From Tubulanus polymorphus (lineage: Eukaryota > Animalia > Nemertea), in assembly GCF_964204645.1 (NCBI RefSeq), contig NC_134025.1:17521101-17585100 (forward strand): a stretch of DNA of 64,000 bases, read 5' to 3'. Shown one piece after another: positions 49,453-60,263 of the stretch. The first letter of the stretch is position 1. Each line of letters begins with the position of its first letter. A program made the translations under genes and the position numbers. Below the pieces are notes generated by a model that did no database searches, was not told the origin of the DNA, and was given only the letters and a program-made list of their open reading frames with translations.

Positions 49453-51024
49453 ATTGGATAATTTCTATGGCTGGCGTTTTTATCAACCAACATACTCGGT
49501 TATGCTAATTGACACTAATCGGCTATATAATCTAAATAGCTAATCTATTTCGATTTTGCTGGTTCATAAAAAGGCCTCTGATTTCTGTAAACGAAATGTT
49601 GGTTGTGACAAAATTGTTCAGACGGTTTTAGGTGGTAATAAGTTCGGAAACGTAATGACCATGGTCGACTTATTCGATGAAATCAGGCCTATGTGATATC
49701 CAAATTTTGACTTTTTTATTCTCCAGACCTCCCTGATATAGAAATAAAAAATTTTGGTGGTACGAAAGTGCAATCACAGCGCCGACGGGGACAGAGCCGT
49801 GTCAGAGATCGGCGGAGTGAAAATTGAGGTGGACGAACACGAAGAAGTAGGCTATTGCGCTACTTGAATCACGAAAACTCCTGGCGCGGCCCCGACGCTT
49901 TTCGTTGATTAAGTAATACAAATATCATGCAATTGGTTTTCACAATCTACCGCTGGTATTTACCGGATTTCAATATCACTCCAAAATTCAAAGAAACCTC
50001 GAAATATCGAACCGGAACACTTCCGGTAGATATCCGCGGCTGCCCAACCGGGAAACTTATTTGTTTCAATAGATATTGATAGGATCCATCATCTTCACCC
50101 GTCAAGGGATTCGAACCCACTAAGCTAAAGCCATGCCAGAATCGGGTCGGGCCAATCACAGCGCTTGTAACAAACCACATTAGGCTTCTGTGGAATTTCC
50201 CAGTAAATGGGCCAATCAGCGAACACGTAGCGAACGCGGAAGTATTGTCGCGTGTTGATACATGACGTCATGCGCAAAAGCGCCAGTAATGAAATCGCGA
50301 TAATTCACGTGAACAGCTGCTGATATTTTCAGATAAACCAATCACAGGGAAGACACAACTTCCTGATTGGCTGATAAAAATTGAAATTTTCCCGATTTAA
50401 CTTTCGTGAAAAATGCAGAAAACATTTTTATGAGACCCTATTTCAAAATTCTGCTCGCTACGATTCCGAGAATGGATTACGCTTAAATACGTGATTTGTT
50501 CGAATATGCCCTCACTTGGCAAGCAAAAGAGCCTTTTGTGTGGAAACCATGTCATTTAAATTCGCTCCATTTGTATAGTAATAGGCTCAGCCTACGGCTG
50601 GCCTAATAATATTATTTATATATTGAAATAAGATTAAGCTGTATGTTTCAAATATATAATAGTTAAAATATTGTGAAATTAGTTAATGAATAACTGTAAG
50701 ACTGTAAGTTTAATTGTTATTTGATTTAATCATATAAAAGTTTGATATTTTAAAAATGATTATAAAATATTAAATATTTATCAATTTTTTTCTTAAATAA
50801 ATGGAAGATTTCATTCCAACTGGAAAAAGTGATTTAAAACATTATCTTGTAGCAGGAGGTTTAATTTTGGTTGCATTATATTTTTAAAATGAAAATATCA
50901 CTAAGGATTTGATGAATGAAAATATGAAATTGAGTAAGAAATTAAAGAAATTAAATGGAAATAATAATCATAAAAATAAAAAAAGTTAATATTGATCAGA
51001 TTAGTGAATTAATTAAATAAATAA

Positions 51025-51351
51025 ATGAGTGAAAGTAAGGTATTAGAAATATTACATCTTATATATATTAATCAACAGAATATTAAATCAATTATAATGC
51101 TTACAGGATTAGTTTCATTTTCAGTTTATAGTTTGAAACAGTCATTGGAATTTTATGATAATTGCAAAATCAAATATGCTGAATTAAAAGATAATATCAA
51201 TTATATTTCAGATAGAATTGATAATATTAAATGTTGTGAAATCAGTAATAAAAAATATAAAAATGAAAAATCATTAAAGACTCATAAATATATTCACGAA
51301 TTAAATAAATTATATAATTCAAATGAAGAAAAAGACTGTCAAATTGGATGA
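51025..51351 (+). CDS. Small virus-like ORF (hydrophobic segment + degenerate Zn finger) in the mini element; preceded by a broken ORF at 50801-50990
   Basis: AATAAATG starts, AT-rich codon use, CEISNKKYKNEKSLKTHKYIH. Confidence 0.45.
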   Translation: MSESKVLEILHLIYINQQNIKSIIMLTGLVSFSVYSLKQSLEFYDNCKIKYAELKDNINYISDRIDNIKCCEISNKKYKNEKSLKTHKYIHELNKLYNSNEEKDCQIG

Positions 51352-51515
51352 AAATATAAAATATATTGGTTGTAAATGTGTTGTAGAAATAATTTTTCAA
51401 TATAGCTGCAAAGCAGCGATAACGAGTTTTCTGCACATCCTCGTTCGTATTCTTGATCTTGTCTGAATATTGTGTCGACGATCGCGTGTAAGCTGATGCA
51501 GCCGCAACATGCCAT

Positions 51516-52407
51516 AACAAGAGCCCCAAGGGGCACTATGGCCAGCCTGTCAGCTTTTCATAAAATGGCAAATGATGATGCATTTTGTGGGTTAAATTTG
51601 TCAAAATACACTCCCAGCTCAGAGTAAATATCTAATAATTTACACAATACAATCGTAGAATAAGAAAATTAGCACAGACAGCGACTGGATCTGGCAGGAA
51701 CAAATACCTCAGATAAATCTTTTCCCTTGGTCTTATTGATTTAATGCGGAATAGAATTAAATTGTTTGAAATTTGCACAATAAAACAAAATTGAATTGGA
51801 TTTGATGTTTTTATTTGTTCAATTAAGTAAAATTGAATTGGATTTGATATTTTTTGCGGAATAAAATTTGATTGAATTTGTCGTTTGAGCACATGGCTAA
51901 ATGGCATATCAAGGTCATCTATCCGATTTAAGAAAAAGCTATTTCTCCCGGACTTTGCACAATGGTCAATGATATTTTCCATAGTAAAAATACTCCTCCC
52001 AAAAACCAAATCAACTAAAGCTTTCACAGAAATCGATCTTGAAATAGAATTTTAGATCTTAAAATAAAACCCGGAAGTAAAACGGTATACGATACCGCGG
52101 GTTCACGTGAACACCTGCTGATTTCTGCGGCGAAGCCAATCATAGAGGAGTCTTTGCTTTCTGATTGGCTTTTCAAAACCAATATTTTTGCGATCAGATA
52201 TTCGCGAAAAAGCTCATATAAATTTTAACAAGGCCCTCTTTCAAAATTCAGCTACGTAGAGTTTGGAGAATGGATAATGCGTTGATGAATGATTTGTATG
52301 AATATATGCTCAGTTGCACAGTAAAAGAGCCTTTGCCCTGGAAACCATGTCATTTAAATTCGCTCCATTTGTATAGTAATAGGCTCAGCCTGCGGCTGGC
52401 CTAAAAA
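51516..52407 (-). mobile_element. Nested HINE (GGCCAGCC family)
   Basis: AACAAGAGCCCCAAGGGGCAC...GGCTCAGCCTGCGGCTGGCCTAAAAA. Confidence 0.8.
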
Positions 52408-52479
52408 TCGAAGGGAAGTTAGAATCCTGTTCAACTGTCAAAACGGTTTTATAAAAGGACAGTTGACAAACCGTCAATG

Positions 52480-52930
52480 ACGCTACTTTGAAACCATGGA
52501 GGACTGGACCAGATGGTAATTTGACTCTGGAAAATGGACTGTTAGGCCCCAATTAATCTTTATGGATTTCAAAAGAAGCATTCGATAAGGTCCAACATCA
52601 GCAATTACAAAATAAGCTATTCGGAAACGGTATCAATGATGGGTCACTTAAATGGCTCAGGATATTTCTCTGAACGAAAACAGGTGGCCGAATTTTCATC
52701 TTGGAATAAATCGGTCTAACTAGTGGAGTCACGCAAGGTAGCATCCTCAGTCATCTTCTCTTCGCTCTCCTGATAGATGATATACAGAGTAATTCAAAAT
52801 GTACCGGACAGAGTATATTTCCAAAACGACCTAATTCAAAATGTACCGGACAGAGTATATTTCTAAAACGACCTAAACAAGCTGTGTTCCGTTCATGGTC
52901 AGAAACATGGAAGATGGGCTTCAACCTGAA
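52480..52930 (+). pseudogene. Degenerate CR1/L2-type RT fragment captured in a HINE
   Basis: ETMEDWT..LDSG..IFMDF..AFDKVQHQQLQNKLFGNGI..LKWL..ERKQV..LTSGVTQGSILSHLLFALLIDDI, with frameshifts. Confidence 0.72.
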
Positions 52931-53524
52931 AGGGATAATATGGATACTGAATACATAGTAACCCCAGGTTCAGATTATACCTTTGTGTTCGAATGAAAAG
53001 ATTATTTTGTTCGAATAAAGATTACTTATTGTAATGAAAAGACTATTTAGTTCCACCAGAATTTTGCTCTTTGGAACGAAAAACGCTTCGATCGAACAAT
53101 ATATCTGTTCGAACAAAAAACTCAATGTTCCGACAAGAAAATCTCGTTCGAATGAAAACGATTCTGTTTGAGTGAACAATATGCTTTTTGTTTGAACCAA
53201 AACCTTTCTTCATTCTGATTAAAGAATTCGTTCGAATAAAAAGCTATGTTATTGTGGAAATGAAAAACTTTTTGTCCTGTCAAAAAAATTTGGTTGAGCG
53301 AAAACCATTTTTTTTGAATGAATGCTTGAATGAAAACAATTCTGTTCGATTGAACGAAATACTTAATATTTTTGATTATACTTGTTCGAACAGAAAACTT
53401 AATGTTCTGACAAGAAAATTCTTTTCGAACGAAATTTTTTGTGTTCCGACGAAAGAATTTTCGAGCGAAGGGTCTTTTGAACGAAAAAAAAAGAAGATAT
53501 TTCTTGGGCTCCGCAGAACCTTAA

Positions 53525-53811
53525 AGCCGAACGTAGGACAGCCGTGCAACGCAATCCTCACATAGCATCGCAAGTTTTGGTGCAAGTCGGTCGCGATACG
53601 ACTAGTTTCTGCCAGTCGCAAGAGCGCGTAGGTCGGTTGTGACAGTCGTGTCGCGTCGCAGAAAGTAGAACACGTGCGACTCCTAGTGACTGGTTTTGCT
53701 GACGGTCGCAACCCGTCGCAAGGGAGTGTAGGTCGATGAGTCGTTGCGACACAATCATCGCTGGCGGTCGCAGTGAGTCGCAAGCCGTGCAAGGCCGACC
53801 TACGTCCAGCT
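53525..53811. mobile_element. Harbinger/Tourist-like MITE
   Basis: Imperfect TIRs AGCCGAACGTAGG / CCTACGTCCAGCT at a TAA-type site; GTCGC-rich like the ends of Harbinger-1; absent from the paralogous site at ~63345. Confidence 0.65.
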
Positions 53812-55128
53812 TTAGTCATTAGGAATTAATGAAATACCAGTTTCATTTATGAGGGAAAAACACAAATGAAAAGTCTGGCTTATAAGGCTGACTGCTCAGA
53901 CGAAATTTTCAAAAAAATCTTCATTTTTGCCAATAAAATTGATAATTGTGATTGATCGTTGCAAGTCAGAACCAGTTAATCACTAATTAACATGCATTTT
54001 AATAAATCTGATTCCTCCTTTACAGTGAACTTAGCCTCAACTTAGTAGAGGCTACTAGCCTATGTAGGCCTATGTATATGCGTAGGCCTAACATCCGGAC
54101 AGATTGGTCGTAGGCCTATTGAATAACAACCCTCCTAAATATCGTAAATTTTGTTTTGAAGTTCAATCCAATGAGTCCGTTAATTAACACAACAATTATA
54201 CTGTGATTGTTTGGGACAGTAAAGCTCAGTACCGGTAGGCCTAAAGTCTTAAAAAGTCGCGTACAACCCGAAAAACACGACACAGCGAACTCCCTTCCCC
54301 CACGGCGAACGCTTACTCCGAATGTCAAGTGTGAGCCCAGCTTACGGATAGGAGTGTGTTATATACTTGTATTTAGGCCGAATAAAGTAATATATTCTTT
54401 TATTTTGATACCTCGTCGACATAACAGCTTTTCTCCGCTATATCTCTTCGGCGTGTTTAGTTAAGGCCTACGAATCCCCGGTACTCTAATGATTTATCTT
54501 AGTGAATACATGGTTAATTTGGTAATAGAAAAATAGGTATTGTTAAACTAACTGCTTGAAGGCCGCGGCCAAATCACTGGTAGTAATAAATTAATTTGTA
54601 CTCGATTTGATTCTCATGATGAGGAGAAACTCGCAGCTGATCCCCGGAACAACGATGTAGTGACAAAAGTCGATTCGTCGATGTTTACGGCTCGACAGTG
54701 CTTTTTAAATCTAAAGTAGTAAATTTCCTGTGTATCGGTAATATGATTTGATGAGGAAAAGGGCTATCGTTAAAATTAGTTTTTAAAAACCGCGACTGAA
54801 TGTGCAATCTATGGGTAATAAATTTGTTAATTTATGCTTGAATTGATAATCGACGTGGCGGTAGATTTCGGAAAGACGACTTCGAAAAACATGTCGGCTC
54901 TTTGAATGGGCCCGACAGTGCTTTTGTAACGATGATTCGTGAAAAAACACGTGGAGTATTTGTAGATCTCAGTGAGCTGAACGATATCATACAGATTGTA
55001 TCAACAGCGGCAAGGTAACAAAGCCTTTGTTCTTTTAGTGAAAATAGTGTGACATAAAATAATAATAATAAGAAACACGCGGATCTCAATAGGGTTTTCT
55101 GTGATGTAACAGAAAACCCTAATTAGAT

Positions 55129-56643
55129 AACTTGTCGATGGGCAAAGTGTGGTTTACCTTGAAAGCTAGATGTTGTTTGGAATAAGGGCATTGCTTGAAA
55201 AATCTTTTTAATTCGTGACTTCAAAGTTCCACAAGTTTATATTGTATTTTATCTTTCTTAAAGAATTATTTTGTAGTCAAATAAGACCAAAGATGTACAT
55301 TTGGTTACGGTCCACGTCCAAAATTTTGTAGGGTACAGGTAGGCGCAAAAAAATATGTTTCACAATGTGAAAAATTATTGCAAATAAGGCCAGCCCTTAT
55401 TTACATGGAAACAATCATCTACGTTGTGCACGGGAAATTTGACTAATAGCGTAGATTTCGAGAATTATTCTAAAATTATAACTTCGTCCAGAGCGTCATC
55501 TGTGTGTTAAAAATGAAACAGTACATTGAATATGTGCGCGCTTTTACGTTAACAGCTTTAATATTGTCACTATGAGAATGAATGGCAGGTTATTGGAACA
55601 CTGCCAGTTTCCTGGAAAACTTAAACTAGGCCAAATGTCAAGGCATGTTTTCACACGATGTACACTAGAATTCAAACATACGTAGCTCATAGTCGGTCGG
55701 CCGTTTTTATAAAAAATAAAATTTATTTGTAATGAATCCAAGAAAAAAAGTTTTCACCCTTGAAGTCGGGTCGGTCGGGTTACGGCAAACAGACCATTAA
55801 TATGGGATGGCCTAAAATTCATTTGATGTCAAATATCAGAGGGTGGCTGAAACCTCTTCCAATGTTGGCCGCGGAAGTTTTATTAGATCGTTTTAAATCC
55901 TGGAATTTACGACTACAATATTCAGACCTCGACCTATACTTGTAGTTTGCTGCTTAATATTTTCAGGTCACAAGAAATTACAATTTATTACAAATTCTAT
56001 CAAACAGAAAACACAGCGCTCATCTTTTGCTGTGATAATTCAGCCTATTTTCATGTCAAACGTGCACGCGTTACAGCATCGCCTTTAGTACGAGCTTGAG
56101 TGTGTGTCGTGTAGCACTCCGCGCGCACAGGTGGAGGCCTCGTGTAAGTGAATGTTCGCTTACACTTCAATGTCAATCAAAACAATCACCAGGTATTAAA
56201 ATGAAACAATACTTATGGCGGATGTGTGAAATAATTACATCCTCACTAGCAATGAGCATTTGAAATTCGCAGGTAAACGGCACCTAGTTCAATGAAACTG
56301 ACGCCATTCTATGGCTTTCCCATAATTATTTTAGTAGCGCCGGAATTCCCCGTATATCAAAAAACAGCCAATCCCATTCGCTCGTAGAGACGACGCCCCC
56401 AATCGAGGTCATTGCAATTTTATACGCGAGAGCTAAGAATTTTCCCGCCAAAAACAGTTTTACGTAGAATTTAACTCAGTTGACCAGGTCATCGACGGAG
56501 GTTCGCCATTTCTTCAATCGCATCGATTATATGTCGTTTAAGCCGAGGACCAATGAAACAAATGCTCACATAAAAAAACGTACCGCGATTTTACATGAAT
56601 TGGCTCAATGCCAACATCATATCGCTGACAAAGGTAAACCAAA
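55129..56643 (-). mobile_element. HINE, second copy of 31910-33536
   Basis: Colinear sequence, same GGTTTACCTT/AAGGTAAACC ends. Confidence 0.8.
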
Positions 56644-57226
56644 AAAGGGGTTAGGTATTAATGGTATCTAATATGTATTAAATACGTATCAAATACAAAT
56701 TATGCTTTATTTCGGAAATTGAAGCCTCATAAGTAATTTATTCATATATGATATTAGTAGTATCTTTATGCAGCACTAGAATAATACGAGTGATACTAAG
56801 TTAGTTGGTTTATTGTTTTTCTAGTATTATTTTAGTCATATGTAAAGAAATCTACAGAAATACTAGATTTAAACAAGAATTATAATAATAATTTTAATAA
56901 TTATCATTTTCTTAATCTAATACTAACTTATTTAAGCTATTGTTTTTCTATTTTAATCTATTTAAAATATTATTTAACCCAGTTAGCAACTAGAAACAAT
57001 AACTAGTATCATTCTAAAGATAAATAACATAGTCTAGAGCTGTGTAAAGAATGATTCATCTGATAGATTTTATATATTTCTATAAAAATAAATATATATT
57101 TGTATATAAATTATACATTTCCAGTATTGAAATATAAAATACATTGATAGAAAATGTAAATTATATTAGCTGAAAATATAAAATATATTAGTTAAAAAAT
57201 ATGAATATGAAAGAATTTAGAATGTG

Positions 57227-57305
57227 TATAAGTGTATGAGTGTACGAATGGTACGAATGGTATGAATGGTACGAGTCTTCCAATTCGTACACTCGTACAC
57301 TTATA
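57227..57305. repeat. GTACGA-containing palindrome in the mini element
   Basis: TATAAGTGTATGAGTGTACGAAT ... ATTCGTACACTCGTACACTTATA (23-bp arms, 1 mismatch) around GTACGAATG repeats. Confidence 0.85.
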
Positions 57306-57402
57306 TTCATACAATTCATATGATAAATTAAGAATAAGACTGTTAAATTGGCTGAAAATATAAAATATATTGGTTGAAAATGTATAAAATATTAGTTAAT
57401 TA

Positions 57403-58589
57403 AACTAGGGGTCCAGGGACACCATGCCCACTTGGGAAGTGGTTCCAAATAATTAAACTAGGGGTCCAGGGACACCATGCCCACTTGGGAAGTGGTTCCA
57501 AATGCTCAACAATCTAACAATTTCAATATTCAACGCCCCCTGGTGACCATATACAAAAACCAATGACCTTGAAACTCACCACAATCATAGAAAATGTCAG
57601 CAGCTACGATTTTGTAATTGATTGTGATAGCAAAATATGCCTCGTTACCAATTCAATATGGAAATACTAAGTTATTCTACTATTCAACGCCCCCTGGTGA
57701 CCATATTCTAAATCCAATGACCTTGAAACTCACCACAATCATAGAACATGTCACTAACTATAACTTTGTAATTGATCATGGTAACAAAATATGCCTAGGT
57801 ACCAATGTAATAAGGAAATACTAAGTTATTCTACTATTCAACGCCCCCTGGTGACCATATAGAATAACTAATGACCTTAAAACTTGCCACAATCATAGAT
57901 GATGTCATGAGCTACAACTTTGCAATTGATTGTGGTTACAAAATATGCATTGATACGAATATAATATAGAAATACTAAGATATTGTATTATTCAAGGCCC
58001 CCTGGTGGCCATATACAAAAACCAATGATCTTGAAACTCACCACAATCATAGAACACGTTATGAGCTACATGTTTCTAATTGATTGTGGTAACAAAATAC
58101 TCTTAGCTATCAATATAATGTGGAAAAACTTTTTCCTACCTACGAATGAGTACTGATGACACCAAGATGGCCGCCAATTGCGTCATAATTGACATTTTTG
58201 GGCAGTAAAAAAGGTCATAGGACGGTCATCTTGAGTCCGATCGACCCAATTTTTGTTATGCTGATGGGCCCTGGGGGATTCACATACATCCGAAAGATCA
58301 AGGTTATTGATCAAAGCGTCTTCAAAATTTCCCTCATAAAGTTCAAAAAGTGTAAAAAGTGTTGATTTTGGCGAACAACAATGGCTGCCAGTCAGTTATC
58401 TTGATTCTGACAGGGCCAGTTTTTTAGGCTGAAGATGTGTCTAGGGTAGATACATGTGTAACCCAAATATCAAAACATTACATTGAAGCGTCTTCAAAAC
58501 TTCCCAAAATAACTGGATTCTGTCTATGGACGGACGGACGAAAAGTGAACGCAATAGCCTGCTGGGACTAGTCCCAAGTGGGCTAAAAA
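57403..58589 (-). mobile_element. HINE with four 154-bp internal tandem repeats and a duplicated 3' end
   Basis: GCCCACTTGGGA / TCCCAAGTGGGC subTIRs; CAA(C/G)GCCCCCTGGTG at 57531, 57685, 57839 and 57993. Confidence 0.85.
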
Positions 58590-59313
58590 GGGGGTTAGGT
58601 ATTAATGTATTAAATACGTATTAGATACGCATTAGATACAAATTATGCTTTATTTCTGGCAAGAGTGATATTAGTTAGTTAGTTTATTAAATTTTTAGTT
58701 GAATTCTAGTTAAATGTAAAGAAATTAAATATTAACAAGAAATATTAGAAAAACATTAGAATTATAATAAGTTTCTAATACGTATCTAATACGTATTTAA
58801 TACGTATACATATTTCGATTTTGAATTTAGGTACTGCTTCTTCAGTCTTCATTTTTATAACAAAACTTTTATTAAAATGAATTTTCTACATTATTTATAT
58901 TTTAAAATCTAAATTATTTTACTCACACTTTTAATATTAAAATATCTAAACTTTACTCACACTTTTAAAAAATCTTTATTATTTTACTCACACTTTTAAT
59001 ATTAAAAAATCTAAATTATCTTACTCACACTTTACTCACACTTTTGATGTTAAAAAATCTAAATTATTTTACTCACACTTTTAATATTAAAAAATCTAAA
59101 TTATTTTATTCACACTTTACTCACACTTTTAATATTAAAAAATGTAAATTATTTTACTCACACTTTACGAATTTATATATATATCATTCCTTTCTTTCGC
59201 GGGAACTTTAAGTAACTTTGAGCACCTCATTTATATACTAAATTTTTTATTAAAATAAGTTAAAAATTGAAAAAGAGTTAGAGTTCGCTGAAACCTAGAA
59301 TAATTTTTTACCC

Positions 59314-59526
59314 TTATTGGTTACTGAATGATTTATTACATGTATCACATTTATATATTTCGTTTTCATTCTTTAATTCCTCTAATTTAGTTTCTAATAT
59401 ATAATCATTATATTCTAATTTCAATTTATTTTCAAAATGTGTTTTAGTTTTATTATGTTTTGCTTTTTGAGATTTATCTATATTGATTTTACATCTTGGA
59501 CAGTAGTACCTCTTATTTGCTTCCAT
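59314..59526 (-). CDS. Small Zn-finger ORF inside the inverted end (broken copies at 42980-43190 and 15560-15645)
   Basis: MEANKRYYCPRCKINIDKSQKAKHNKTKTH..YKCDTCNKSFSNQ. Confidence 0.55.
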   Translation of the reverse strand: MEANKRYYCPRCKINIDKSQKAKHNKTKTHFENKLKLEYNDYILETKLEELKNENEIYKCDTCNKSFSNQ

Positions 59527-59636
59527 TTTAATATCAAATTTTTTATTAAAATTGATTTTAGAAGTAATTCATATATAAAATTTTCATTTATATATGTTAT
59601 TCATTTATATGTTATTCATATATATGGAATTATTAG

Positions 59637-59755
59637 AGTAATTGTATATATAGGCTTTCATATAAATAAATTCGAGTGTGCGAGAATTTATTTTTATTTT
59701 TTATGAGCTCGACCCTTCGACCTTTGGTATGAAAGCCTATATATATACAATTACT
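59637..59755. repeat. Terminal hairpin of the mini element (right end)
   Basis: AGTAATTGTATATATAGGCTTTCATA..AATAAATTC-GAGTGTGCGA-GAATTTATT..TATGAAAGCCTATATATATACAATTACT; the inner arm is partly deleted. Confidence 0.85.
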
Positions 59756-60263
59756 GCTAGGCTTGTAATAGAATCACAGGCTGCATAGTTTTTAATCAAT
59801 ATTTGACTGCTAGACGAAGGACGCACATATCAAATAATTTTTCTCGCATGGTTTTACATGCTGTTCAAACCATATAATTAATAAACAATATAAATTAATG
59901 AACGATGCAATTAATAAAACTATGCAATTGTAATGGTCATGTTGTCTTACTTGGCATGGTCATGTTGTCTTACTTGGTATCATAGGGTTCTTGGCGAATG
60001 ATTAAGGGAAATTTATGCACTTCAAAACATTCATCAGTACGAACACTTAGCCTTGTTTCTAAAATCCTGACAGTAGCATTTTGTTTTTGCCTTGTGAACA
60101 CATGTATATTACTATGCAGTGATCAGGTTTCTAATGAGTTATTCCCTGAAAATTAGCCATTTCATAATATCATGGCTCTATAAGAAATATGAACAGTTTT
60201 GGAGTCAAGCATCTAGCCAAGACTTGGATGACTCTGAGACTTAGATTTATCTACTGATACATA

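Larger units (their letters stand above)
45604..49577 (-). mobile_element. Second PIF/Harbinger transposon, apparently intact, with convergent genes
   Basis: TIRs AGGC(G/C)TTTTTATGAAC; CTG on both flanks (CWG-type target). Confidence 0.9.
44383..50606 (-). mobile_element. Chimeric HINE/Helentron-type element hosting Harbinger-2
   Basis: AACAAGAGCCCCAAGGGGC stem-loop plus GGCCAGCC / GGCTGGCC subTIRs. The body mixes segments homologous to 58000-58500 and 51850-52400. Confidence 0.7.
51400..55122 (-). mobile_element. Composite HINE (copy 2) carrying a LINE RT fragment
   Basis: ATATAGCTGCAAAGCAGCGATAACGAGTTTTC ... AGGGTTTTCTG..CAGAAAACCCTAA; colinear with 9203-13420. Confidence 0.78.
42760..59755. 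mobile_element. Non-autonomous mini Polinton-like element with ~1.1-kb inverted ends, inflated by nested TEs
   Basis: 42760-43805 is the reverse complement of ~58815-59712 (hairpin, MEANK Zn-finger ORF, GTGTGAGTAA array, MKTEE start). AT-rich virus-like pieces at 43771-44382, 50607-51399, 56644-57402 and 58590-58815. The outer arm of the left hairpin is truncated, so no TSD can be checked. Confidence 0.7.

Noticed and set aside
52970-53565. ORFs in the TTCGTTCGAAC-rich segment (also 63405-63712)
   Set aside because: Degenerate repeat DNA; the frames are not conserved among the three copies.
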